A stretch of 64,000 bases of DNA from Orbicella franksi. Its lineage: Eukaryota. A program made the translations under genes and the position numbers. Location of the stretch: the NCBI GenBank assembly GCA_964199315.1, contig OZ116698.1, forward strand, positions 15,748,001-15,812,000, in the 5' to 3' direction. How positions within the stretch are numbered: the first letter of the stretch is position 1; every line of letters starts with the position of its first letter. Below the pieces are notes generated by a model. The model searched no databases and was not told the DNA's origin. It saw only the letters and a list, made by a program, of their open reading frames with translations. Below, in pieces: positions 23,690 through 37,100 of this stretch.

Positions 23690-23830
23690 GTACACTCTGA
23701 CTCTCTTGGCTGTCGGGACGTACACCTCGTTCCAGGTCTGCCATCCAGCTGATTCCGTCTCCTTTTCTGCTTTCCTCCTCTTTGTTGCCTTGGGTCTGCC
23801 CCGCCTTTGGTAGCCTTCAAGGGCACCAAA
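23690..23830 (-). mobile_element. RTE-clade LINE 3' fragment
   Basis: QRRGRPKATKRRKAEKE..SAGWQTWNEV resembles the RTE motif GKRxRGRPKTTWRR. Confidence 0.65.
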
Positions 23831-23859
23831 GGTGGGGCAAGTCCTCCAGAGGATCGAAA

Positions 23860-24510
23860 CCCAGGTGGAAATCATGATAAGAATTTTACAAGACCCTTAT
23901 TAACAATCTTTATAATATGATCTTAGAAGTTCTTATAAGATTCTTACATGAATCTTACAACATCCTTGTAAAATAAATCACAGGTTCTTGTACAATTCTT
24001 GCAGAGTCTCTCAGAGATATTTTTCTGTGTCGTTAGAATCTTACAAGTTCAAGATACCTACAAGATTTTGGAAGATTCTTACATTTTAGCCTCCAAGTGT
24101 AAGATTCTTACAAAATTCTTCCAAGTTCTTGTAAGACTATTGTAAGATTTTAATATGATATCTCACACTACTATAAGATTGTGTAGGATTCTTTCAAGTT
24201 CTTGTAATAATGTTTTACAGGTATTTGAAAGATTCATACAACTGATCTTATAGCATGTGTTGAGATAAATATAACTAAACATAAAAACATTCAAGATTCC
24301 CACAAGATCTTGTACATTACTTATGACAAGATCTTGTAAGATTCTTAGAATATTTTTATGAGAAGTTCTTGTAAGATAATTTCAAGCTTTTGAAAGATTC
24401 TTACAAGACTGAAGATTAGTACTTTCTCTGATTAGTTCCCATAAGATTCCAATAAGATCTCAAAAGATTTCTTAAAAGAGTTGTAAAATCGTAATAAGAT
24501 TTCCACTTGG
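23860..24510. mobile_element. Non-autonomous TIR element with internal TCTTACAAGA/AAGATTCTT repeats (CMC/EnSpm-like)
   Basis: ccaggtggaaatcatgataagaattttac / gtaaaatcgtaataagatttccacttgg termini; interior built from short degenerate repeats. Confidence 0.6.
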
Positions 24511-25279
24511 AAATTACAGTCCAAACAGACAGCATCAGCAACAGTCCTGAAACAGATTCAGATGAAAATCATATTTGAATATCAGATCATAATAAATATT
24601 ATGACATAACTAAAGCCTTCAGGTTTAAATCACAAAAATCAGCCATTCAGACCTTGTTATTTATGGCACAAACAAGCATTGGACCTGGTAAAGTTCCTAC
24701 TCAGAATTTTTTTAGTTATAAAGTCTTGTTGGTAATAGATCCCATTTTATCTGAGCTTGCTTAAGAGTATACAGCTGGCAGGGATAACATTGGTCCTCTG
24801 ACGTTTTCTGTCTGGACCTTTAATAATGGACCTGTCCATACTGTTAGCTCTTGAACCTGATATTTTCGGGTTCCAAAAAATACCATTACCACTGGTATGG
24901 AAGTTGTTTTGGGGGATTCCCAGTGGAAATCTAGTTCAGCTCCATACTATCCTTTAAAATGGGGGAGGGGGGACAGAGGGCATGGAGAATAGGGGACAGG
25001 AAGCAGGAGAGTTGGGTATGGTATGAGAAGTGGGAGGTTCTGACCCCACTCTCCTCCCACTTTAAACACTTTGGCTTTTGAAACCACCAAACTGTTGGAA
25101 TTTCAGATGACCTTCCATGGGGTAGACATGGATATTTTCTCGAACTGCATATTCTCCCAATATGGCCCTCATGCTTGGTTGATGTCATCTGTATGTGATT
25201 CTGAACATGTAATGATATTCAATTCAACACTTAGTTTTATACTCCAGATGTTATATACCCATGTCATAAGCCTTTAATT

Positions 25280-25500
25280 TATACTTACTTACATGTATTC
25301 CTTTCTCTTCCCTGTGGAGTACAGGTCCATGGAAGCTGCCCAGCATCTTGTTCTGTCTGATCTTGCCGCTACCATATCAATCTGGCTCCGGGTGGCATGT
25401 AGCCTGGCTTGTCCACCAGTCATCATCCACTGCTCTCCTCCAGCTGTTCCTGGGATATCCTTGGCTCCACTTCCCCTGGTAAACCTTTTATACATAGTGA
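25280..25500 (-). mobile_element. RTE LINE 3' end; duplicated at ~36355-36580
   Basis: ARSDRTRCWAASMDLYSTG C-terminus and gtaagtaagt tail on the minus strand; present in both duplicate copies. Confidence 0.5.
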
Positions 25501-28500
25501 AAATGGTTAGCTAAACATCACAGTAAAACGTTTTAAGCCTAACTAGCTGGTTTGTGGTACCATACTTAACTGTGGTTTCTGAGGATCAAGCACTTAGGAA
25601 TATTGCTACTCCCCCTGGGTGGAATGCTAATCTATTGTAGCTTATTTCCCAGCATTCTGTCAAGTTGCCCTAACAACTTGCCAGTATTCATTTATTCTTC
25701 TGAGTGAAGAGAGGAGCAACTAACAACTAACAACAATTTTGTAAACTGTTTTGTGAAATAATACTCAGTATTCCTTACTTCTTCTGGAATGACAGCTCTT
25801 GTAAATGGTTCATCCTCAAGGCACTGTGATTGAGCATTTCTGTGTTCTCTATTTCCTCTTGTATATTACTTTATGATATTCCTCATCTTCAGGTACACAT
25901 CTGATATTTGGACCAGCATCAATATGAAAAGAGGCTTCAGACATCATGGAATCTTCCCAGATCTAGCAGTTGAAGTATGGCTGCTGGAACATTCTGCCTA
26001 TATTCACTCAAACACAAAGCTGCTCAAGATAGAGGAATACATTTAGTAAGTTTTAAAGGAAATGTACTGATCTTTTGTCCTGTCAAAATTCTGAAGTCTT
26101 TTTTTTTCATAATATGCAGGTTCTATTCACCATGTAAGTATAGTGTCAGAAGACAAATTAATGTACTAAATTCCCTATCTTAAACATAGAGACACCTGCA
26201 ACAGTTTATTAGTACCCTACAATTCCTTACCTCCTGAAATAGGACGCTTTTTAAAAGCTACAAAGCACTTCAAAGTATCATTTCACAATGTTTCATTTAG
26301 ATGGGGTAATGTATGTGTGTTACTAGGACTTACTCTCATTTCCAAGTGCAAACTGGGTACACAGCTGGACATCAAAGAATGGTGACATTATGTGATCCCC
26401 TCTAGCAGTACACTGTTGTTGACATTTAGCTGGACTTCTCTCTGCTCAAGATAGTGGTGTATTGATCAATCACAATTGTTTGTGTTTCTCCCTCCCTGTT
26501 AACATTGTGAGAGTTCTGTTGATTATATTCAATCCCAAACTCTTCAGAGAATTTTCCAAATCTACAAGTTGAAATTCCATACCTCACATATAGACAGCTG
26601 TTACTTTCTTTCCTCTTGTATGGATGATCAACAAACGGTGGCCTCTTCTCTATGCAGACAAGGACATTTAGGAGCTGAATGACAGGTGGATCCCAGTAAG
26701 AAATGTTGATATCATAGAGGGACCTCTTCATCATGCAGTGACTGGTCAGTACCACCCTAACAGTACAAAACTGCTCAAGATGGAGGAACATTAGTACGTT
26801 TCATTTTGCCTTTCAATAGCATGGTCAAAAGTCTACTGAAAATAATTCTGTTTTTCACTGCATCAGCCAAAATATATAGAAATTGCTGCAATATGAAAAC
26901 ATAAAAATCCCTGCCTATTGTTGTTGAATTTAAGACAGTAGATCACAGAGCACTTCTCAATGTTGTCATCTCAGGTGGATGTTGTTTTATGCTGAGAGGA
27001 ACAACCTTTCCAGCAAAAGTAGTAATGGACAGCACACCACCAAGAAAAGACTGCATCATGAAGCCTTCTCAAGCTGTTTCTGGTACACTTCCTGGATTTT
27101 CCCTAAAAGGTAAAAGCTCCTCAAAATGCAGAGGTATTTAGTATTTTTCAACAGTCAAAACAACACAACAGTTTTATGCAGCAAGTCTGGGGTAAATTCC
27201 ACACATTCTTATTCCTTCCTGTAATGGTCACTTTACTCATGTAGGTTGAGAGGATTTGGTTGTACACCAAGACAGTCAAGAAAATGTCCACAATAATCCA
27301 GAATTGATTCTTTAGGTTCTGAGAATCTTGTTCTACATCAAGACAATATCCTCTCATTTATTGCAATTCTTTGCTAAAATTGTATGTTCCCGGAATTTTT
27401 TGTCCTCCAAAAACAAGCTCTAAATTGTCCCAGTTCATACCTTGGCTTTGTTGTACACTTCTCAAGACTGCTTTGTTGTTGTGCTGATTCTTACTTACTC
27501 TTGATCCATCTGTCCGTTTCTTTCCTGTTATTCTAGCAGCAGCATATGAAAGGCATCTGTTAGTTTTGCGTGATTGTGTACAACAGCTGGCCTTGACTTG
27601 GTGACTTGGTGACTTGGTGTGGCAGTTAAGAATGAACTCTGCTAGGAAACTAAACACATTACAAGATGTTAATATTCAAACTGGAAGGTGAAAATAATTT
27701 GTAACTTACCTTGAGTTCATAATAAGATGATCCAAAGAGTTGATCTTCAGTGGCAATACTCAATGCTGAGCAAAGATCTTGTAAAAAAAACGCTGCTCAA
27801 GACCAAACACATGTGCCAAAATCAGGTGATTCGAAAACTTGTTTAACCAGCAAGAATATTTTTACGTCCCTGAAAAATGGACGCTTTTCAATTTTTGCTA
27901 TTTGAGTGAACATGTAGTATTAACAAATGAACCAAGTGATTCAAAACAGAAGTTTGCCCCCGAAAGTGGGCCCACTGAATGAAAGAAAGAAATTTTCACG
28001 TCCCCGAAAAATGGACAATTTGATTTTCCTAATTTATGTGAATGACTGTGTATCTACTCAACATATCTATTACTTATAAGTAATATATCTTAAGCTATTT
28101 GATGGTTTAAAAAAACACACTGACACCACAGTGTTTGGTAGTTTTATTATAAGAATAAGCTATATATATGTATTGTATATTAAGCTAGTTACAATATTGT
28201 TTTACATTGTTTACTTTCTGTGATTTCTTCTTGTGTTTGCCACGCTTTTTGCTCCCGAAAATGAGCAGTGTACACGAGCCATGAGTACTATGCTTTTTAC
28301 AATAACAACAATATTTTTACAATGCAAAAAATCCACAGGACCTAAATTAATCCATGAGGGGGTGCGCTCCTTAAGCTGAATAATTTAGCATCCAGAGAAA
28401 GCCAAGAGTGTTCCAGTGTCAATAAAGTCAACACTTAAATTAGAACACCCAGGGCCCCTGAATGGACTTCGCATTTGTCTGTCAGCTTTGGCTTGCTAAC

Positions 28501-30199
28501 TAAACAGTGTCGTTACCAAGCCTTCAGATGTTTGTAGTTGGATTATTTGCCAACCCAAAAACCGAATGTCGAACCAAATATTTAACACAAACATTAAATG
28601 TAAATTAAGTAAATGTAAAAGCGACTGTATGTTATATTACAATGGAAGACAACACCTTTTCCAAACCTCACTTACATGAGGCATGACAGTTTAAACAATC
28701 CACAATGTATTCTACTAGTAGACTAAATGATAAAATTTTTTTAGTTGCTAAATGAAGTGAAAATTGGACACTGAAGTCATCCTGCATTGTAACATAACAT
28801 ACAGGATTGCTCTCTCTCAACATACCTCACGCCAGGTTGTAGAAACCTAGCTTGTATATCATTGCTCAGACCTTCAGCCATAGGATATTACTGCTGCTTC
28901 AACATAAGCATTACCAGAGAAATGCGTCATTGACATGACATGACAAGCATACAAAAGAAACAACCAAAGCGGTACAAATGGCTGGCACGCACTAATATCA
29001 TGTGTTGGTCTTATCCAGTGGTTTCCTTTAAGCATATATTTCAGGCATGACCATCCCATTTGACAAGACTACCTTCGGCATTGTATCTTGATGTTGTGCG
29101 ATATCTTCCAATGCTTGATGATCTTGTGAGATGAGTACTCAGTCCACTAATTCGAGTGTTGAGAGACCTATCCCTGAGTGGAAACCAATGAGAAGTTGAT
29201 CCAAGCAAGAATTTTCAAAAGGATGACTGCAATCTAGTGGTGCAATTCAATAACAACAACAACAACAGGAAATGTTGCTAACCTTGGGCAGGGTGAAGCA
29301 TTTTCTAAATGCCACAGTGGAAACTCAAAGAACTGAGTGCAAGATGTTGTAAAGGACTCATCATGACCAAAATGTCCCAGAAGTGTGATCCTTTTACCAG
29401 GTTGCTGTGCACTGCAAGTATCAACCATATTTATGGCAAGACCAGTTCAGTAAACTTATCTGGTTCTGTGCAGCAGAGTTAGATGTTGTGCCCATTAAGT
29501 TGTTAAGCATATTAAGCAGCGGTAGCAATGACTGTAGAGTCTCGTGGTTGCTCTTTGATGTTCTTGTACTGTTCAAGTCAACCAAGTCTTCTTGTAAAGG
29601 AACTTCATAAATTCTCTGGTATTAACATTGTCTGTTGAAAATGCCTAACATGGCATTCTTGATGTTTTAGTTAACCACAAGTTAGAGATCTATATTTGGT
29701 CATTATGGTGCATTACCGACAACTGAAAAAAAGAGCTTGAACAACGCATCATTTAGAAGAATCCTTTATCCTGGAGGCTGTAGATGAGTCAGCTGATATC
29801 TAACATGCTGAAGAAGCTGTGGACTTTGGCAATCATCAACCCTTCAAGATATCAGTGGTCATAAGTGGATGAATTGTTATTCACTGGATGGCCTGGCTGC
29901 ATTAAATGTTTCTCACTCAAAAGTGTGGAGTGAAGAAGGACCAGATACCAAATGAGTGGGGGGGGGGGGGGGGGGTGGTGGTATTTATGTTAATTTAAAA
30001 AAGAAAAAAGTGATATAAGAAGCAGGCCGGATATTACTTCTGTATCAGTATGAGGTGAAATCTGCATTTGGTGAAGTTCTGCAGAAGGATGAAGCCACAA
30101 GTAATAAGAGAGTCTACGAAGGCATAGTTGAGATAACTGTTGTAGCAGTTTTGTGCAGTCATGAATAACCTTGCCATGATGTGTATTGTTCACATATGC

Positions 30200-32127
30200 A
30201 CATATCCAAAATTCCTACAGCAATTTCAAGGGAGACAATTTCATGTGGACAGCCGAATGTCAGGAGGCCATCTTCTTCTTCTTCTTCCAAGTTACCCCAC
30301 ATCCTTCATTGCTGAAGATTCTTGTGGAGGTTCATTCCTTGTTGTTCATTAAGTGCCATTTGAAAAATGCCCCAATACTTGCTTTTCCTTAGTTGGTGGT
30401 GCCATTTATCCTGGACACAGATGCCAGTGATAGTGGGTTGAGGTCGGTGTTATCCCATGTTCAAGGTGGAAAATAGCCTGTGATAACATTTGCTGCACAT
30501 GCGCTAACAAATCCAGAAAAGAAAGAAACTTTTGGCCCTTGAGTGGGGCTCAGAGCTCTTTGAAACATATCTCTTTAGAAGGCACTTTATCGCCAGAAGT
30601 GATCACAATGCTGTGCAGTGGTTAAGGAACTTAAAGAATCCTAAGGGATTGGCTAGGTGGCTTGAACGGTTGAGTGGCTTTGACTTTGAAGTAGAGCATC
30701 GTCCCAGTAGTTTGCATAACAATGCTGATGGCCTGTCTCACCTCCCCTGGGGTGAGCAAGGAACAGTGCACCCTGATGCAGAGAGCAATATTGCATGGGT
30801 TCAGTCTGTGAACGTGTCTCCCTTTTCTAATTTCTTGTGACTCAGAGTCAGGATCCTGTCCTTACCTAAGTAGTGAAGTGGCTTGAGGTCAGTGTGTCTT
30901 GAAGGAGGTGGATGCAAACTGCTGTCATACTGGTCACAGAGGAGTTGGCTCCTTCCCAGGGATGGTCCTAGTGTTCAGACACTGGTCCTCCATGAGTCAA
31001 CAGGATTTGCCCCCTATAGCCATATGTTTGGGAGAGAGGCAATCTTGCCTTTGGATCTACCCTTAAGTTAGATACCTTGCTGCTCTCTGGGTCAGGAAAA
31101 ACATATTCAGAGTATGTTGTTCAGCAGAAGCTTCAGGAGGAGGAAACAGAGCAGCTAGTGCAAAAAAACCTCAAGCAAGCACAGAAATATCAGAAAGCCT
31201 ATTGTGACACGAAATGCTATGGTCAGCAGTTCTGTGCTGGAGACTGGCTTAGGTACAGAAAGTGAACAAGGATCAGGAGGAAGAAGTTTTGTAAGCCTTG
31301 GTGTGGTCCCTGGAGGGTCATAAAGGCTCTATCTGATGTTACCTATTGCATTGAGAGGACAGAAGGAAGCCTGGAAAGTGTCGACAATAGAGAGTGGTCC
31401 ACTTCAACTACTTGAGACCATACCATTCTCCCCCTCAAGAGACTCTTTCTAGATCATCACCAGAGGTTGGTGGACAGATGCAGAGAAAACCTGTTGACTT
31501 TAATGAGGTTGAAAAGGTGGCTTGAAATGGTGGCCAGATGCAAAGTGCACCAGTAAACTCTGGCGAGGTTGAGTTGGAATGGTTAGAAATTCCTGCTTGT
31601 CTAATCACGGAATGCTAGCCTGATGCCTGCAAGGATACCTGCATGTTGATTCTTGCTTCTTCAGGTACTGATATCCCAGATAGTCCAGTCACTGAAATTC
31701 CACATCAGCCTGAGACTCCTGTGGAGGGTGGCCCGCCAGTTGCTGAACCATGTCAGAAACTGAGGCATGAAAGAAGAGAGAAAACTTGGCTCAGAGACTG
31801 CTAGAACAGTTGTGTGCTCAACAGTCTAGCTCATGGACTTCATTAGAACAGCTAGAGGTGTTGTTTCAAAAGGACTAGTCCTGCTCTTAAGTGGCATGGG
31901 ATAGTGTAGGGGGGGTTGTGCCCCAGTGAATTGCTGGGCTTGTGCAGTGTGAGCGTGTATGAAGTGTATGTGCTTTGTTGTTGTGTTCTGTATGTGAATA
32001 GTTTTCTTTCGTCCATCTTACAATAAGACCCACATTGTTTGGCTTTCTGGACATTAATGGGAAAAAATAAAAGATGTTTCTTCAAACGTTTGCAGTTGAG
32101 AAGAGTCAGTGTGGGAGGTTCTTGACA
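30200..32127 (+). mobile_element. Degenerate Ty3/Gypsy LTR retrotransposon (RT-RNase H junction, RNase H, integrase C-terminus, PPT, 3' LTR)
   Basis: APILAFP..PFILDTDAS, SDHNAVQWL, LARWLERLSGFDFEVEHRP..HNNADGLS, HESTGFAPY..MFGRE, GPWRVIK; multiple stops and frameshifts. Confidence 0.9.
31905..32127 (+). repeat. 3' LTR of the Gypsy relic
   Basis: Purine-rich PPT aagtggcatgggatag followed by TG...CA (~223 bp) with an internal aaataaaa. Confidence 0.65.
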
Positions 32128-33299
32128 GTGAACTTGTCACTGCTATGGCTAAACTTAAGAAACACTGGCATCACAAAAAGTGTCAGGAAGACATTGGAGA
32201 TGCTTGCCAGCTTTAAAGGACTCAAGAATTATTTGCTGAAGGATTAATTGTTCTGTTCAGAACAGAATGTGTATCAAGCTCCCATCTGTTTTCCAATTTT
32301 TTTACTAAGCTTTCTTCCTCCCTGTGACAGTATCCCACTCCATTCTCCTTTGCTTAATCTTCTGCTTGAATACAAGAGCAGTGAATACAAGACATTGTAC
32401 TTGCTATTATATTAGGAAGTCTTGACAATATTATACCATTCTAATTCAACCAAGTTGTCTACTTGTATCTTTTGTTGAAAGATTGGCCTCAAGCCAAATT
32501 CTAGGCCCACACACAGTATCCTCAATGTGTAAGTGAAATGATCAGAAAGGTGGTGATGTAAAGATCTATTGAGACCTTGTGTCCGAAGCTGAGGCTTCTG
32601 CCAATCATTAAAGCAAGTCACAAGCTACAGGATCACTCTACAATTTGTGGATATCAGTAAATGAATATACATTTCTTTTCACCAGTTAATGACAAGCACA
32701 CACTGTGTTACTGATGACTGGAGGTAACATTGACAGTTGGTGTGTTGGGCAGGATAATTTGGTAGAGCAAATGGAGCAAAACACAGCCAACAAGGTCTTG
32801 AATGCAAATTTGTGAAATTTGCAAGCTGAAAGATAGACACCTATAAATCAGATATGTAAGTGTGTTATATAACTGGGAATTAAAACAGAGGGAGTGTTTG
32901 TCCTCAACAGTGAGGTTCAGATCTGAGAAGGCAGCTAAACTACTGTTTAAGGCAATGGCAAAAGACCTTGATCATTTTTGTACATAAGCATTGTTTCAGT
33001 TATGACAAATAAGATCTTGATAGTCACAGGATTAGCAAAGCAGCTAGCTGATCCAGATCAGCTTAGTCCTGAATGTTTTAGGTGTGACACATAGAGCTGG
33101 CTCAAAGTATGACTCTTGTGTCTTTGGTAGGTGTGCAGGTAAAGAAGTGGCATTTAGTGATTGCAGCAAGGGGTTGCATCATACCAATTTTCATCACATG
33201 CAGGCAGGTAAAAGATGTCACTTTGTTATCTTAAGGCAAATCCTCTGTAAAATGATGGTGAGATATCTACAGCTGCTGCTGAAATGCATCAGCAGGAGA

Positions 33300-33870
33300 A
33301 GCTGGATTGGGAAAGGGATGAGAGAACACAACACACCTTTAATTTAATAGACATGCTGGTAATTGAATTATGGTGTAATACAGGGATACATCATGTCAGA
33401 TTTACTGTCAAGCACTGCCATCAACTGGCTGTTGTTTTCAACAAACAAAGACAGGAGTAGAGAAATATGCTGCACATTTTCTGTTGTTCTGGATGATCTA
33501 GATCAGACAATATGCTATGTTAACGCATTCATGTCAGAAGACTCCATCCAGCTAACATTTCCAGACTGCCAGTGCTTATTCCAGTTTCAGAGGTTGGAAA
33601 TGACTAAGAATATTCCATCTCCTCTGAATGGGAGGGCCATAAAATAAAAAGGAAGGGCCCTAGCTTATCCCAGGCCTGCCTGGAAGAGTACCATGAGACA
33701 GAACTCTAGGCTTTAAACCTAGCAGGCTTTGTGCCTCCCAAATGCAACAAGAATAGAAAAAGGTAGTTGCACATGGCATTTAGAGGATAAGCAATGACTG
33801 ACAAAGTCAACAAAGTTTCAAAGGCAATGCGTTTGTCGCCCCACTTTTATGACACCAGAGCTATCCTTTG
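33300..33870 (+). mobile_element. Possible piggyBac transposase C-terminal relic; paralogous segment ~42720-44160
   Basis: Weak motifs SDLLSSTAI / EKYVAHFLLFW...HAMLAH / RLEE...CNKNG...CK resemble the piggyBac D(3)-WYKK-NA region and Cys-rich tail; heavily mutated. Confidence 0.3.
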
Positions 33871-34082
33871 ATACAGTCTGGTTTTTGGCCATCTTCAGCC
33901 AGGTGTCCTTTGTTCTCCATCCAAAGCCACCCTGTTTGTTTCCTTTTGAATTTTTCTGCAACGTGCATTCTATCTAGCTTGGTGGTCTATTCTCACCTCC
34001 CTAATTCCAGCTACAGGAACAACAGGAATGTAGAGACCTGGTTTCCCTGTGAGCTATCTAATGCCAAAGGTTTGGGTTAATC

Positions 34083-34155
34083 ATGTTGATGATGATGATG
34101 ATGATGATGACAGTGAGGATGACAATGACAGCAATGATGATGATGATGATGATAA
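34083..34155. repeat. (ATG/GAT)n microsatellite; paralogue at 44386-44466
   Basis: gatgatgat runs with shared gacagtgaggatgac interruptions in both copies. Confidence 0.9.
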
Positions 34156-37100
34156 GCCATGAATTCCATGTGTGGCTGTACAAACTTAGAGTTTCATATT
34201 TATTGTGTCTTGATCGCTTGTGTTGTTTTCAGCTGCCCATGCTCCACCACAGAGTAAACAGCAGGATTCATGATGATCATGATAACAACAAGGATAATGA
34301 TAATGATCAGATATGTACCTCACATGTGGGCAGAGAAATTTTGTTTCACCTTGATTGCTTTTGTTGTATGAGTTGTCTTCAAGTCGTGAAGCTTCAATGG
34401 CATTATGCTTGCTGAAGTCATCACACCTAGGCAATCAAGGCCACAATGATATGTTGGCGTCCATTGCAATCCTTTGCGCAGGTGTTCCACATCTCCATTC
34501 CAAGTCAGGTCCTGTTCTTCCACTGCTAAATTATTCTACAATACTATATACTGCCTGTCTACCTGCCACTGCTACTCGTATCTTCCTAACTGTAGCTTTT
34601 GTTTAGCTCATTGTAATTGGACCGCTATCTTTTATTATTTTGAGGAAAAAAACTGAACTCTGGTTGTTTTAGTCAAATTACATCATGGTATAAACAGCCT
34701 ATTGTTCGGTGATTATCTTCTTGTCTAGGTCATCGATTCCTCTTCTGTCACTGCATTGGCAGCTTCCTAACTATATGAAATGATTCATTGATTGGCACTC
34801 CTGGGCACTCTGCTAAATGGCTGGCTGCCTCTCCTCATTTGGTTGGATAGATGATTCTTGTCAGTTATTATCAAAGGCTACCTATCTAACCAATACAAAC
34901 TGAGGTGTGTGCTTTGTCCCATGATCCCATGTCCCTAGTGCCTTTAAATTTTGAGGTTGTTTGCTTTCCAAAGTTGTCACACTGATGAAAATTTACCCCT
35001 AGAAAAAGATAAAAATTATGATTCAACCATTTGCAAATATGTGACCAACAAAAGTTGAAAAGCCAATCTTGGAAGCTTTTTTCACAAGTTCTAAACCTTG
35101 CAAAATAAAAGGCATTAGGGTGAGTACTTAGATGACTGACAACTAGGCTAAGCTTTTCCTAAACTATCTACAAACTACATCTGTAAACATCTGGTTGAAC
35201 CTTACCAAAAAAATTTCACTTATCAGTGTGTAGACTGTCAAGTGAAATGTAAAAGAATAATTGACCTAGGCGCAACTAAGTGGGAGTCAAAGCGCAACAA
35301 GAACATGAAGTCACAAAATGATGCCGGAGTAAAGTCGAAATGAAGCCAGAGTGAGGTTGAAATAAAGTTAGTTTGAAGTCGAATAGTGCCGGATTGAAGT
35401 AAAAAAGAAGTCGACTGAAGTCAAATTAGAACTGGACTGAAGTTGAAATAAAGCTGAATTCCAATCACTGGTCGAATAATCTGAAAAGAAACCCAAATTA
35501 AAAGGGCAAGAGGAAGGAGCCATCCCACATCCAGGGTCCCATTAGTAAATCTAATTAGATTATCTATTTAAGTTAAGCAAAATCAGAAGTATGTAGACTT
35601 CTGGCCGAAAGTGTGTGCTTGTATGCTTTGTAAGGTTCATCCAGAGCTCTATTTACCCACCCCTCCCAGCCCACAGTGATTGTACTGACCACCACCATGA
35701 TTTTTCTTCAGAGTCTTGTCTGGCTTGGATACAGCTGTCAGCATATGGATGAAAGACAAGCTGGGGCAGTCTGTCTTTGAAATGGCTGTTTGATGGTGGT
35801 GGCTGATTGGATAACAACTGATCATCAGGAAATGAAGGAACCTGAAAAATAAAAAGAAAATTTTATTCAAGAACAAAATAAACATCAGAAAAAAAAAACA
35901 ATCTTGATAGCTGAAGTATAGTGTTGAATGAATGCTTAATCGAAAATTAACAAGAGCTACTCAGCAGTTCTTTTTTAGTCATTAAATCTTGTAATAGATC
36001 CTGTATTATCTGAACTTGCTTAAGAGTATACTGGCATGGATAAGATTAGTCCTAGCTGACTTTTTCTGTCTGGACCATGCTGTTCTGTCTTGAACCTGAT
36101 ATTTTATTGTTCCAAAATGGAAGGCTTGTTTTGGTTTAGGTCTCCCACATGACTGGAAATCCAGTTCAGCTCTGTACTATACTTGAAACACTTTTGTTTT
36201 TGACACCCTCAACCCCCTTGGAATTTCAGATGGCCTTCCATGGGATAGACATAGACATTTTCTGGAACTGCATATCTGAATGTGATTCTGACCATTTTGT
36301 GATATTCAACACTAGTCTTATACTCCGGATGTTATATACTCATCTCAAAAGCCTTTGTATACTTACTTCTTCCCTTCTACTCTCTATGTAGCAGAGGTCC
36401 ATGGAAGCTGCCCGCCGTCTGGTTCTGTCTGATTTTGGGCTACCTTATCAATCTGCCTCCAGGTGTAGCCTGCCTTGCCCACCAGTCGTCATCCACTGTC
36501 CTCCTCCAGCAGTTCCTGTGATGGCCTTAACTCCAGTTCCCATGGTAAGCCTTATATATACAGTGAAAATGGCTAGCTTAACATCACTAAGCCCAACTAG
36601 CTGGTTTGTGGTACCATACTAAAATGTGGTGTATGAGGATGATGCACTTAGGAATATTATTTGCTACTCCCCCTGGATGGAATGCTAATTCATTGCAACT
36701 TATTTACTCCCAGCATTCTGTCAGGTTGCCCCAACAACTTGCCAGTATTTATTTATTCTCGTGAGTGAAGAGAGGAGCAACTAAAAACTGACAACAATTT
36801 TATCAACTGTTTTGCAAAAATAATACTCAGTATTCCTTACTTCTTGTGGAAAGACAGCTTCTGTAAAGGGTTCATCTTCAAGGCCCTGTGATTGAGCATT
36901 TCTCTGTGTTGTTTTTTTCCCTTAGGTGTATCACTGTAAAATATGTAGTTCCTCGTCTTCAGATACACACCTGATATTTGGGCTGGCCTTAATATGACAA
37001 AATGCCTCTGATATCATGGAGTCTTCCCATATCTAGCAGTTGAAGTGCAGCTGCTGGAACATTCTGGCTATTCACTTAAACACAAAGCTGCTCAAGATAG

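Larger units (their letters stand above)
24697..35880 (+). repeat. Tandem segmental duplication, copy 1 (~11.2 kb)
   Basis: Collinear with 35957-46199 from ctactcag...atagatcc at the start to tattcaagaacaaaata at the end; roughly 80-88% identity by eye, with copy-specific indels. Confidence 0.93.

Noticed and set aside
34083-34415. Poly-Met/His/Asp ORFs (also 44273-44470)
   Set aside because: Artefacts of the (ATG)n microsatellite.
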